Shown piece by piece: positions 27,722 to 36,914 of a stretch of 64,000 bases of DNA. Below the pieces are notes generated by a model. That model was not told the DNA's origin. It searched no databases and was given only the letters and a program-made list of their open reading frames with translations. Where the stretch lies: positions 186,001 through 250,000 of the IMG/VR virus record IMGVR_UViG_3300044712_001255. One strand, given 5' to 3'. The stretch's first letter is position 1; every line of letters begins with the position of its first letter. The translations under genes and the position numbers were made by a program.

Positions 27722-27960
27722 AGTACTTTTACATAGTGGGCAGACATCGTTCGTGATGACTCTTTGCCACGCCCCAAGACGTTGTTCTTATACAAAACAA
27801 CTACGTCCCAAACATCGTCATCATCGACGCAACGATCATGTTCAACGCTCACGACCATCGCGGGCATTAGGTCTTTGGACGTAGGCATTAGGTCGGCCAA
27901 TTTTGAAATTTGAGGAGCCCATGTTACCATGTCTCCCGGTAAGAATGGCGGGTCAATCAT
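27718..27960 (-). CDS. 'PGD' family protein (tandem duplicate)
   Basis: DPPFLPGDMVTW...LMPAMVVSV. Confidence 0.7.
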   Translation of the reverse strand: MIDPPFLPGDMVTWAPQISKLADLMPTSKDLMPAMVVSVEHDRCVDDDDVWDVVVLYKNNVLGRGKESSRTMSAHYVKVL

Positions 27961-28156
27961 CTGGTCCCTTGAACTTGAGGTAGACAGGAGCCTCCACCTC
28001 TCCTTCACCCGGCACGTTGGCAACAACGATGATTGACATGAATCCTAGAGGAATTGTGAAGTGAATGACCTCAGTCCCGCGAGACGTGGGCTTGATTTTC
28101 CCAGTCACAACACGCTGGAAGAGGATGCCCTGCATGTTCTTGTTGTCCATGAACAT
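27953..28156 (-). CDS. hypothetical protein
   Basis: ORF overlapping next start. Confidence 0.5.
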   Translation of the reverse strand: MFMDNKNMQGILFQRVVTGKIKPTSRGTEVIHFTIPLGFMSIIVVANVPGEGEVEAPVYLKFKGPDD

Positions 28157-28233
28157 ATCCTATCAGGAGTTCGCGCCGATTGCACACAGTCCTACGATGA
28201 TAGCGATGATTATCACCAGTGCGAAGAGCTCTG

Positions 28234-28488
28234 TCACTTGCCCACCGCCTCAAAGTCAGCAGCAGTGATGCAGATCTCTCTCCCGTCCGGTGAGCGAGCG
28301 AACAGCTCAGCATAGGAGCCTTCATCATTGAGAGTCTCCCGCTTGATGCGTAGGAGCCAGACGACAGTATTCTCTGGCAGAGTATAGCGAGCAGGTTCGT
28401 CTGTGAATGTGACAGTCTTGTCGACTCGCGTGTCACGAAGGGCGATAGCCTGGCACGGGAGCTGTGATGAATTGAAGATGTGAATCAT
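28234..28488 (-). CDS. hypothetical protein
   Basis: ATGA overlap with upstream gene. Confidence 0.55.
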   Translation of the reverse strand: MIHIFNSSQLPCQAIALRDTRVDKTVTFTDEPARYTLPENTVVWLLRIKRETLNDEGSYAELFARSPDGREICITAADFEAVGK

Positions 28489-28925
28489 ACTTTTACCTCA
28501 ACGTAGGGAGCATCCTCTAGACGCGTCCTGCCAAGTGATGTGATTCCCCACGTGCCGTAGTGGATCTTTTCCGCAGCACCACTAGCATGCAAGTCGTAAA
28601 GTGTCCGCTGAACTTGCGACAAGGTGCCAATTAACCGTACAACGTTAGACGCCGTGAGAGTTGCCCAAATATGGTATGCACTGCACTCGCCGTCCACAAA
28701 CAAGATCTGAAGAATTGCGTCAGAACGATGTCGAAATGTGTGTAAAGGTCTCATCGGTTCTGGTGCATATGGGTTAGCCTTGTTAGGTTGCTTGTCTTGC
28801 ACCTTCTCAGCTGCCGCCACGCGATCTCGGACCTTTTGCGCCTCGAGACCAACCCACTTTGACAGTTCCTCGGGACTCCCCTCCAGTTCGACGGGAGTCC
28901 CATTAATGGTATACGTTATCTTCAC
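28485..28925 (-). CDS. hypothetical protein, possible winged-helix C-terminus
   Basis: ILQILFVDGECSAYHIW...VQRTLYDLHASGAAEK...TWGITSLG resembles a wHTH (weak). Confidence 0.5.
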   Translation of the reverse strand: MKITYTINGTPVELEGSPEELSKWVGLEAQKVRDRVAAAEKVQDKQPNKANPYAPEPMRPLHTFRHRSDAILQILFVDGECSAYHIWATLTASNVVRLIGTLSQVQRTLYDLHASGAAEKIHYGTWGITSLGRTRLEDAPYVEVKV

Positions 28926-29581
28926 TTGCGTTTGCCTCTCCGGGCGCGCTTCGCAGCACGCTCCTCGCGACGAGCTGTCTTCTCAGCAGTGATCGTCGCC
29001 TTGTCACGGTTCTTGGAACCCTTGGGTCGACCGCGCCCGCGCTTCTCTCCCGTCGTCGGAGCTGCAGGCTTCTGCGCAAGTTCTGCGACGACCTTGCGCT
29101 TGCGGCGGACCTGACCCGTCGACTCAAACACGGTCTCCGGGTTGCGTCCCTTGGGCGGACGCTTGAAAGAGAATCCCTCGATGATTCCACGCTTCCAATT
29201 ATTCATGCATTGTTGCTGCCTAACGGGATCTGACAACCGAAGAGATCCATCAGGATATGCGTCTTCTTTCATTAGGTAGACTCGAGTGTCCAACCATGGT
29301 TTTCCAGGTAAACAGGTGATGTATCTTTCGATAATGACGTAATCACCCTTTTTAGGAAGAAAAGTCGGGAGCTCATCTGCAGTATCCCAATCAATTGCGT
29401 CTTCCATCCATGAAATATCGGGTCGTTGAGCTTGACGTCGTGCAACAAGTTCTTCATTAGACATGGACGCAATCGCCCATGAAGTATCTTCATCTTCAAT
29501 GATCTCAGAAGATGATTCATTTGACTCGACAGGAATTGTCGCGTCAACAATCTCAATATCTTCGTTTTCTTCCGAATTCAT
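28922..29581 (-). CDS. acidic N-terminus, SH3-like middle, AT-hook basic tail (putative DNA-binding protein)
   Basis: LPKKGDYVII; KRGRGRPKGSKNRDK AT-hook. Confidence 0.65.
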   Translation of the reverse strand: MNSEENEDIEIVDATIPVESNESSSEIIEDEDTSWAIASMSNEELVARRQAQRPDISWMEDAIDWDTADELPTFLPKKGDYVIIERYITCLPGKPWLDTRVYLMKEDAYPDGSLRLSDPVRQQQCMNNWKRGIIEGFSFKRPPKGRNPETVFESTGQVRRKRKVVAELAQKPAAPTTGEKRGRGRPKGSKNRDKATITAEKTARREERAAKRARRGKRK

Positions 29582-29584
29582 GAT

Positions 29585-30277
29585 TCATTCTACCTTATTA
29601 GGTGTGGAACTACACTTGACGTCTTTCCAAAGAAAACCACAAACGGGTCTCACATGACGAGCGCGATAAATTTGATGAGCATCATCATGACCCTGTGAAG
29701 TTAGTTCAAGCACCGCGTGTTTGATAGAGGGAAAGATTTTGATAACGTTTCCCTCTAGATCACATTGCGCAATTTGTTTTCGTTGTAGTTTTGATAACTT
29801 TTCGCAGGTTTCTTGACGTACTTTACGCCCGCTTAACGCAATGCTAAGTTTTTGTTTCGTCTTTTCAGAGGTGACTTTCCCTTGATGAGACGCTTTCATT
29901 TTCAAGATTGAATCAGCTGAATGCGGCCCAAGTTTTTTGCCTTTATGAGCAAGACTCATTTTACGTCGAGTTTCTTCACTATGTTTTCCTCGAAAGCCGT
30001 CACCACCATCTGTACAGTTATATCCCTTAGGGGCTTTTGCGCCATGAGAGATTATATGGTGACGCTCTAACTCGTCCAACTCAGATTGAGTTTCTACATT
30101 TTCAAGGATTACCCACAGAAATTTATCACCTGAGCAACGCAACGCTCGGTGAAATGGAAAACTTGATCCATGGGTGGCGAAATAGAAGTGCTGAGCACAG
30201 CGATGTTCAAGATCAAATTTTGTTTGACCTACATACGCTTTCTCAGAAGAAATATTGAAGGCGAGGTAAACTATCAA
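29585..30277 (-). mobile_element. free-standing GIY-YIG homing endonuclease with NUMOD3/NUMOD1 repeats
   Basis: IVYLAFN...AYVGQT...R..QH, GYNCTDGGDG; HSEETRRKMSLAHKGK (NUMOD3); KQIAQCDLEGNVIKIFPSI (NUMOD1). Confidence 0.88.
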
Positions 30278-30495
30278 TCCTTGTCACCCACCCACACGTT
30301 ACCGTGAATATCAAGCGATGTCGAGAACCCTAGCACACGGGCACGGTACTCGAATGCATTCGCTCGATCTGGGTCGACGAACTTGAAGTGATATTTGCGG
30401 TCAGAATGGTCCCTGTCTGCTAGAGAGACCTCGTACTCATTATCTGCTTCGTCTCGGGCAATGCCTTCTAGACGACGATACTCTTCATTTGTCAT
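30274..30495 (-). CDS. hypothetical protein
   Basis: Start placed at MTNEEYRR after SD GGAGA. Confidence 0.55.
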   Translation of the reverse strand: MTNEEYRRLEGIARDEADNEYEVSLADRDHSDRKYHFKFVDPDRANAFEYRARVLGFSTSLDIHGNVWVGDKD

Positions 30496-30510
30496 GTGGT
30501 TCTCCACGTT

Positions 30511-30848
30511 GAGGTACAGTGGGAATCGAACCCACGAACGCTGTAGCCCTTGCAAACTACCGTCAATGGCGTCCACCACCAGGCACCAAATAATTCGAAA
30601 CCAGTATCGAAGTTGGTCTACCCTTGGTTGTACAAAATAGCGACGAGTGACCCGCAGATTCTAACATGCAGAAACATCCGAAAACAAGCTGGATCGAAGT
30701 CGCTCGTCAGCAGGTTGGAAAGGTCATGAGCCTTTTGGGCGCCCCATTTGCGCACCCAACCCAAAAACGTTACTGACACCTAGTGCACAGCGTTGTTCAC
30801 GTTTGATTTACAAATGTCCACAAGCCTGTCGACCTGACACCTGGACCC
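30511..30848 (-). ncRNA. candidate tRNA-ended structured RNA (about 338 nt), or a 76-nt pseudo-tRNA at 30511-30587
   Basis: Perfect T-arm GTGGG-TTCGATT-CCCAC then TGTACCT, which pairs 6/7 with GGGTCCA at 30848 or 5/7 with GGTGCCT at 30587; internal hairpins. Confidence 0.4.
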
Positions 30849-30913
30849 TAAGCGTCGTCATCAATTTTTGTTTTTTCTGTTTCGTGACATCGACGAGTTC
30901 ATCGCTCGTCGAC

Positions 30914-31001
30914 TGGTGGAACATCCCGAGAATCGAACCGGTGCCCCGAAGGGGCGGGAGCTCCGACTAAGCTCGGTATCCCAAGCTCTGGTCTACGCCC
31001 C
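30914..31001 (-). ncRNA. tRNA-like RNA (88 nt) with encoded CCA and non-canonical anticodon arm
   Basis: GGGGCGT/ATGTTCC-A-CCA acceptor (G3.U70, A73); GG-TTCGATT-C T-loop; GCCCC-TTCG-GGGC arm; upstream GGTTATACT -10. Confidence 0.6.
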
Positions 31002-31098
31002 CGAGAGCATCCTGCTCACAAGACGTCCCGTACGGCAGGTTACCCTGCAGCAGGTAAGTATAACCATACCACAGGGCCGTGCCGTGTACACATGTGGG

Positions 31099-31929
31099 TT
31101 ACTGGTAGGAGAACTCACCAACCTTGAAGAGACCCTCACCACCCATACCCAACAGCATTTGCTTGCCCGAAGATCCGAAACGATTCTTTGTGGTGCCGAG
31201 GATGCGTTGGCCGTAGAACTCTGACTTCTTATCGTCGTCGATGTAAAGATGCATATGGGCATCTACGGCATGCTTGACAGTGTTCTTACCTGCAAACTCT
31301 CCCGATTTGGTCACCTGGCCCACCAGGACGAGGATGGGATACACACCGTTGTATCCCTGCTTGCAGAAGTCGGTGAGCTGCTCGACCACGCGGACCTGAG
31401 ACGCCGGGATGATGTTGCCCGGACCGTACTTGCCGTCGTTGAAGGTCTGGAGAGAATCCGCCATGAGGAAGAAGTCCTTGCCCGGATTCATGTCCATGAG
31501 GTACTTGGCGTGGTCCACCATCGAAGACGAGTGGCCTGACCAGAGTTTGGGGTTCTCGACGCTGGCGAGGGGACCCACCAGCTCGTCCTGACCAACGTAG
31601 AAGTGAGAGTCGAGCTTCATGCGCTCTGACTGCATCTTGGTCTGGAAGAGTGACTCCTCCCGGGTGTTGAAGAGGACGATCGCGTCATTCCGCAGCGAGA
31701 TGGCGTTGGCCAGCTGCAGGGAGAGCGTGGTCTTGCCGGCACCGGGGGTGCCAGTGAAGAGGATTGCCGTGGAGGGGACCGCACCGTTGCCGGTTGCGGA
31801 GGCGAACAGTTCATCCACCCAGTCGATGCCGAATGAGATCCGCCGCCGCATGTGGGCCGGGACCTCGATGGAGTCGATGGTGGCTCCCTGAGGGAGATCG
31901 CGTAGCGAAACATTCAGTTTCATTGACAT
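31099..31929 (-). CDS. RadA/Sms-like RecA-family ATPase (no Zn finger or Lon domain)
   Basis: Walker A GTPGAGKTT; MADSLQT; VGQVTKSGEFAG...KHAVDAHMHL; KNRFGS. Confidence 0.85.
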   Translation of the reverse strand: MSMKLNVSLRDLPQGATIDSIEVPAHMRRRISFGIDWVDELFASATGNGAVPSTAILFTGTPGAGKTTLSLQLANAISLRNDAIVLFNTREESLFQTKMQSERMKLDSHFYVGQDELVGPLASVENPKLWSGHSSSMVDHAKYLMDMNPGKDFFLMADSLQTFNDGKYGPGNIIPASQVRVVEQLTDFCKQGYNGVYPILVLVGQVTKSGEFAGKNTVKHAVDAHMHLYIDDDKKSEFYGQRILGTTKNRFGSSGKQMLLGMGGEGLFKVGEFSYQ

Positions 31930-32090
31930 GGTTTCAATTTATCTTCTGGTCTGTTTAGCAGCACCGTGTGGTTGTTGGTTCCTGCGCTGGCTGTCTTGTG
32001 AGCCAGAATTACCATAACCCCAGAATGGTATACTAGGCCCTCGTGCCCTACACCTGTGCCGCTCGCGACGTGATAGAGTAAAGGTAGACC

Positions 32091-32330
32091 ATGGGCAACG
32101 TAATTGAGCATCCCGCGCAACACGCAAATAACTGGATCGAGAGCGTCGCAGAGGACTTGGAGTCCATGTTCCGCATCGGGCTCCCGCGAGCTCGTCGTCT
32201 CGCTCAGCAGGCTGCGTTCGTCAATGACGACGAGATGCTGCGGGCGATCGCTCGCATTCACGGAATCTACCAGGAACACCTCCTGGATGAATTTGTTGAC
32301 TACTGGACATATTCCGAGTCAGACAGCTGA
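32091..32330 (+). CDS. hypothetical protein
   Basis: AGACC-ATG start context. Confidence 0.55.
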   Translation: MGNVIEHPAQHANNWIESVAEDLESMFRIGLPRARRLAQQAAFVNDDEMLRAIARIHGIYQEHLLDEFVDYWTYSESDS

Positions 32331-32395
32331 GTGCACTCCATGTCTTGACAGGGTAAAGTAGACTCACCAACTAGACAAGGCACCAATAGAGGACT

Positions 32396-33613
32396 ATGGC
32401 AAAGACTACGCTATCAATCACCAACTTCCTAAACTGCGCCAAGCTGCTGCCGGCGTTCGTATCAATATTGATTCGCGCAGACCATGGCGTTGGGAAAAGT
32501 GACCTGACGAGAGAACTTGGTGAGTTCTTCAGGAATCGCGACTTCGATGGTAAGGGTTTTCCCGTCATCGACCGGCGACTCTCTCAGCTCACTGAGGGTG
32601 ACATGGTGGGTCTTCCCAGCACCGACGGCGAGGTCACCCGCTTCAATCCTCCCGATTGGGTGAAGCGTGCGTGCCTTGAGCCGTGTATGTTGTTCCTTGA
32701 CGAGATCAACCGCGCTACCCCTGAGGTGATGCAGGCTGCATTCCAGTTGGTGCTCGACCGTGAGCTCAATGGGTGGAAGCTGCATCCGCAGACTCGGGTG
32801 TTTGCTGCCGTCAACACCGGTGCGAGCTACACGGTGAACGAAATGGACCCGGCGCTGTTGGACCGTTTCTGGGCAATCGACCTGAAGCCCACCGTTGAGG
32901 AGTGGCTTGCATGGGCTCGGAAGCGCGAAGACATCCCCGAGATGATCGTGGACTTCATCCAGGCGAATGAGCGTCACCTCGACCCTCCCGTTGACTATGA
33001 GCTCGGTAGCAATACGTCGTCTCGTCGTTCGTGGCACCGCCTCGGCCGTGCTCATATCGAGGCAAAGGTGGATGACAAGCCCGATGATCCGATCTTCTTC
33101 CACATGTCCCTTGGCTTCGTAGGTCTGGAGTCTGCAACTGCATACGTGGACTTTGCCAAGCACTATGATGCCCAGGTCTCTGGCACTGAGATCCTCAACA
33201 AGTTCGCCAAGAAGCTGCACAAGGATTTCAAGCCAGGTGACATCGGTACCCCCGATGACAAGACTGTGTACACTCCCAAGGTCCTGAAGCGCCTGGAGCG
33301 CATGGGCCAGGAGCGTTTGGTGGGCCTGATCGAAAAGGTTGCTGACGCTATCCGCACTGAGTGTGCCGGGAAGGGTCTCACCCCCGAACAGGGTGCATCG
33401 GTTGGCAAGTTTGCCACGCTGCTCCCAGCAGAACTGCGAGTTGCACTGTGGTCCAAGGTCACTGACAACGAGCTGAATGACATGAAGCTCAACAAGGACG
33501 TGCACAGGTACATCGCGCCGTTTATCATGAAATCGTTTGGAGTTCCCATGGGCCGCGCAGGTGTCGGCGTAGCGCCCAACATTCCAGATGCTTTCAAACC
33601 TGGTAACAAGTGA
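32396..33613 (+). CDS. MoxR-like AAA+ ATPase
   Basis: HGVGKS Walker A, LFLDEINRA Walker B, FAAVN, MDPALLDRF, SRRSW. Confidence 0.85.
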   Translation: MAKTTLSITNFLNCAKLLPAFVSILIRADHGVGKSDLTRELGEFFRNRDFDGKGFPVIDRRLSQLTEGDMVGLPSTDGEVTRFNPPDWVKRACLEPCMLFLDEINRATPEVMQAAFQLVLDRELNGWKLHPQTRVFAAVNTGASYTVNEMDPALLDRFWAIDLKPTVEEWLAWARKREDIPEMIVDFIQANERHLDPPVDYELGSNTSSRRSWHRLGRAHIEAKVDDKPDDPIFFHMSLGFVGLESATAYVDFAKHYDAQVSGTEILNKFAKKLHKDFKPGDIGTPDDKTVYTPKVLKRLERMGQERLVGLIEKVADAIRTECAGKGLTPEQGASVGKFATLLPAELRVALWSKVTDNELNDMKLNKDVHRYIAPFIMKSFGVPMGRAGVGVAPNIPDAFKPGNK

Positions 33614-33637
33614 TCGATCGCTCGTCGATCGTCGAAC

Positions 33638-34003
33638 ATGCGCTACGGCGAAAGGAGTCTAATAGTGAACTCAACTGATGAGATCGATCGCCTGCTCACC
33701 TACGAGGTGATGCATGAGCTCGGCATCCTGCCGCTCAATATGGCGCAGTGCAACGTAAAGAAGATGCTCGATTCTCTTGACGAGATCGATGCCACTTCTG
33801 CGCGTCGGAAGTTCCGCAAGTTGTGGCGATCACTCGTCGCAGCGGCAAATACTACTCCTGAGAATCGAAAGAGAATGTACGGGTTGGGCGCTCCACAGCC
33901 AACCGTAGGACAACGTACTGCTCGTAAACAGATCGTCCTGATTCATGTCAGGCGCATCGTAGCGCAACGACGAAAGGCAATTGCTGATTCTCTGAACGGG
34001 TAA
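33638..34003 (+). CDS. hypothetical basic protein
   Basis: ORF downstream of ATPase. Confidence 0.55.
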   Translation: MRYGERSLIVNSTDEIDRLLTYEVMHELGILPLNMAQCNVKKMLDSLDEIDATSARRKFRKLWRSLVAAANTTPENRKRMYGLGAPQPTVGQRTARKQIVLIHVRRIVAQRRKAIADSLNG

Positions 34004-34106
34004 AGTTGGTGTCTTGGTAGACGGACATGGGAAGTACACTTGCTTCCCATCGTTCGTCGATCGTCGCGCGTTGTATACGGCGCGCAGCCACTCGCGGGGT
34101 GCCCGC

Positions 34107-34568
34107 TCACTCGGACGGCTGCACCAGCGACAGCGTCCACGGGGCGACAATCCTGTCGCGCAGGAGGAACGTGTGAATGATGTCCTTCGTTGTCACAGTT
34201 CGTCCGCTCTTGCGGTCCTTTGCCATGCGCTCCACTTCACGTGGACCGATGTACAGCATCATGTGACCAGGACCACAGATTTTATTAGCGTCCCCCTCAT
34301 GAGTCAACATGACGTTGCACTCATCGCCTTCCTTAGCGTCCCAGTCTGCTTTCATTGACGCAGAACTGAGCCACATCGTTCCTGGCACCAACGCAGTGTG
34401 GTACGCAGCAACTTGGTCGGCAGTCATGTCAAGAAAGGGATTGACATGGTGCTTGAGGTTGTGTTTCTTGCCCGTGGTTTGCTTGGGCACTACACCAGTG
34501 TATTTCTGCTGTGGATTTGCCACCAACACAACTTTGGTGCGCTGAACACGACGTCCATGAAGTTTCAT
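34107..34568 (-). CDS. hypothetical protein
   Basis: SD GAGG upstream. Confidence 0.55.
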   Translation of the reverse strand: MKLHGRRVQRTKVVLVANPQQKYTGVVPKQTTGKKHNLKHHVNPFLDMTADQVAAYHTALVPGTMWLSSASMKADWDAKEGDECNVMLTHEGDANKICGPGHMMLYIGPREVERMAKDRKSGRTVTTKDIIHTFLLRDRIVAPWTLSLVQPSE

Positions 34569-34585
34569 GAAGCCTCTTTCTGGTT

Positions 34586-34963
34586 CTAAGGTACCACACC
34601 AGACGGCTTGAGTGCATCAGGGTTGACTGGATATTCTGCCCAGTGGATTTCTCCCTCAGCTGTTTCAACAGCGCTCTTGTATTGGCTCTCGAGGGCCTCG
34701 ACGTTCTTTTCGAGGGCCAGAATGGTGGTTTCCACATCTTCTCCCTCTTCCAATTGTTTGGCACCAAACCGCGTATCGGCAAGCAGCCGTCGCCCGTCGA
34801 CGACCCGCTCGAGGGTGTCAATGACCGTAAAAGGAACGCCGATATCTGTGAGGGCTGTCTTGTATCCGTTATATTCTGCGCGAAGCGTGGGGTCGTCAAG
34901 GGTAAGTGTGTACCTGTCCTGGGCGCTGCGTAAGATGTCCGAGAGGTCTAAAACGTGTCTCAT
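34586..34963 (-). CDS. hypothetical protein (leaderless)
   Basis: Perfect TATAAT-ggattc-ATG at MRHVLD. Confidence 0.65.
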   Translation of the reverse strand: MRHVLDLSDILRSAQDRYTLTLDDPTLRAEYNGYKTALTDIGVPFTVIDTLERVVDGRRLLADTRFGAKQLEEGEDVETTILALEKNVEALESQYKSAVETAEGEIHWAEYPVNPDALKPSGVVP

Positions 34964-35080
34964 GAATCCATTATATAGCATATGCAGGAAGGTGGACCAT
35001 TGGATACGGTGGGACATGAGGCAATCATGGTACGCCATGAGGCCGGTGAACTCAACCCTAACATGAGGTATTCTACCACC

Positions 35081-35446
35081 ATGAAGATTGGTCGCATTTA
35101 CGCTAACATCGCCGGGGATTCTCGGTATTGCCAAATGCTCGAGGTACACCTTGAGGGCAACGAGGTAACCGTGCAGATCTGGGAGACTTCTCCTGTAGGT
35201 GGCATGGACGGTCCTGGTGGCTGCTATCCGACACGCTGCAGGGTGGAACGCAAGATCGAGAACTGCACCGGCAAGGCGCTCGCTGCTGTCATCAAGGACT
35301 TCATTGGGTACTACGGTGACACCATCCGACACTACGGCAAGCCCATGAAGAACTTCATCTGGTACGGCGACGGGTGCGACAAGCTGCGAGGCTACTCTGC
35401 CAAGACTTGTCAGGTTGCACTGGACGCCAACACCCGTCAGGGGTGA
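35081..35446 (+). CDS. hypothetical protein (leaderless)
   Basis: GTGAAC-17-TATTCT-accacc-ATG. Confidence 0.7.
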   Translation: MKIGRIYANIAGDSRYCQMLEVHLEGNEVTVQIWETSPVGGMDGPGGCYPTRCRVERKIENCTGKALAAVIKDFIGYYGDTIRHYGKPMKNFIWYGDGCDKLRGYSAKTCQVALDANTRQG

Positions 35447-35451
35447 ACCCA

Positions 35452-35703
35452 ATGCCTTCCTTAATCGCTTCATTCAACTTCTACAACGCCACCCCGGCCG
35501 CACTGCGTACCGAGGTGATCAACATGGTCCGTCGCATGAGCGATTTCATCGACTGGAACAACATCTCTGCTGCTCACCGTGAGCGTGACAACATCAACAC
35601 CCTCCTCACCCAGGTGCAGGCCTCACGTCCTGACCTCCTGGACGGGCGTACCTCGACCGAGTACTTGCGGCACCTGCTCCGGCCGGTGCAACAGAGGACC
35701 TAA
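35452..35703 (+). CDS. hypothetical protein
   Basis: Follows upstream stop; C-ending codon bias. Confidence 0.6.
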   Translation: MPSLIASFNFYNATPAALRTEVINMVRRMSDFIDWNNISAAHRERDNINTLLTQVQASRPDLLDGRTSTEYLRHLLRPVQQRT

Positions 35704-35720
35704 CAGGGTAAAACCAAACC

Positions 35721-35954
35721 ATGGACAACGGAAGCAACAACGGCAACGACGGCAAGCAAATGCCGGTCACCATCACGGTGGCTGGTCCTGGCACCCTGAC
35801 CAACTGGTCGATTGCCAAGGAGATTGCTGCCCTCCTCGAGGGTCTCAACGCTAACGTCACCGTGAAGTTCAACAAGAGTCCTCGCATCGACATCGGGACC
35901 GCCCAGTGCATCCAGCGCTCCGCGGTCACGGTGCAAATCACCAACGAAAACTAA
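35721..35954 (+). CDS. hypothetical protein (leaderless)
   Basis: TAAAAC-caaacc-ATG. Confidence 0.65.
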   Translation: MDNGSNNGNDGKQMPVTITVAGPGTLTNWSIAKEIAALLEGLNANVTVKFNKSPRIDIGTAQCIQRSAVTVQITNEN

Positions 35955-36065
35955 GGTAACAGATTGCGGTGGGTGAGTGTAGAACGAACCCCACCATGGT
36001 AGAACAGAACAGTCAACGGCAACCAAGCCAACCAACATCAACCAAGTAGAAAGAAGAGAAATCAA

Positions 36066-36806
36066 ATGACCGACATCAACACCTCCACCGTTTCCGAGAC
36101 CGCTTCCCTCACCGACATCGACGCTGCTCTCGCCAAGGCCAAGTCGGCCAAGCCCGGCCGTGTCGCCAAGCCCGCCAAGGTGGCCACCGAGTCCACCGAG
36201 GCTCCTGCAACTCCCACCGAGCCCAAGACCAAGCGCCCGGTGAAGTCGGAGGAGGAGAAGGCGGCCGAGCTGCAGGCTCGGAAGGATGCCGCTGCGGCCC
36301 GGAAGGCCGAGAAGGCGGTGGTTCGGGAGGGCAAGCTGAAGGAGCTCGAGGCTGTGAAGGCCGAGAAGAAGGCCGCTCGGGCTGCCAAGAAGGAGGCTCG
36401 GCTGGCGGGTCTCGCCAACCGCACTCCCCACCTCGCCAAGGTCGAGAAGGCGGCTGCACGGCTCCCCTCCATCTCCGAGGCTGAGCAGGGTCTGATCGAC
36501 GCTGTCATCGCCCTCGGTGCGGAGAACGCTTCGAAGGTGATCGCCCGGATCGAGCACTCCCTCCGCGAGGTGCAGACCAAGGCGTCCCTCGGTCGCAAGC
36601 TGACGGTCGGCCAGGTGGTCACCATCACCTCGGGTCCCGCCGCTTACCTCGGCGCCACCGGCACGGTTGTCAAGGTGCAGCGGATCCGCTGCCTGGTCGA
36701 GGTCCCCGGTCACACCAAGCCGGCCTACGTCTTCACCGCGGATTGCACCCCGGTCACCGGTGAGGCCTCCATCGAGGCCACCGAGTCGACTGCGGTCGCG
36801 GTCTGA
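36066..36806 (+). CDS. Lys/Ala-rich histone-H1-like protein with C-terminal KOW/SH3 domain
   Basis: AKAKSAKPGRVAKPAK and AEKKAARAAKKEAR tracts; LTVGQVVTITSGPAAYLGATGTVVKV KOW motif; very strong codon bias. Confidence 0.7.
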   Translation: MTDINTSTVSETASLTDIDAALAKAKSAKPGRVAKPAKVATESTEAPATPTEPKTKRPVKSEEEKAAELQARKDAAAARKAEKAVVREGKLKELEAVKAEKKAARAAKKEARLAGLANRTPHLAKVEKAAARLPSISEAEQGLIDAVIALGAENASKVIARIEHSLREVQTKASLGRKLTVGQVVTITSGPAAYLGATGTVVKVQRIRCLVEVPGHTKPAYVFTADCTPVTGEASIEATESTAVAV

Positions 36807-36833
36807 GAAACAGCAACACCAACAAGGAGGTAA

Positions 36834-36853
36834 GGCCCTGGGAAACCGGGGCC
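36834..36853 (+). terminator. GC hairpin after the histone-like gene
   Basis: GGCCCTGG-GAAA-CCGGGGCC; U-tract weak. Confidence 0.5.
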
Positions 36854-36914
36854 ACACCCGTTTAAACAGAGACGAGTTGCACGATCGATCGTCCGTGACG
36901 CTCGCGAGGGAAAA

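Noticed and set aside
29585-30277. Group I intron hosting the homing endonuclease
   Set aside because: Flanking ORFs abut it (3-nt gap and 4-nt overlap), leaving no room for an intron core.
30511-30848. Firm tmRNA call
   Set aside because: No G3.U70, A73 or CCA, and no recognisable ANDE..ALAA-type tag frame; kept only as a candidate.
32462-33505. Long antisense ORFs (also 1908-2970, 35700-36857, 39019-39618, 40776-41543, 44036-45070, 50343-50954, 56553-57176)
   Set aside because: Shadow frames of GC-biased sense genes, with no promoter tile or SD and implausible composition.
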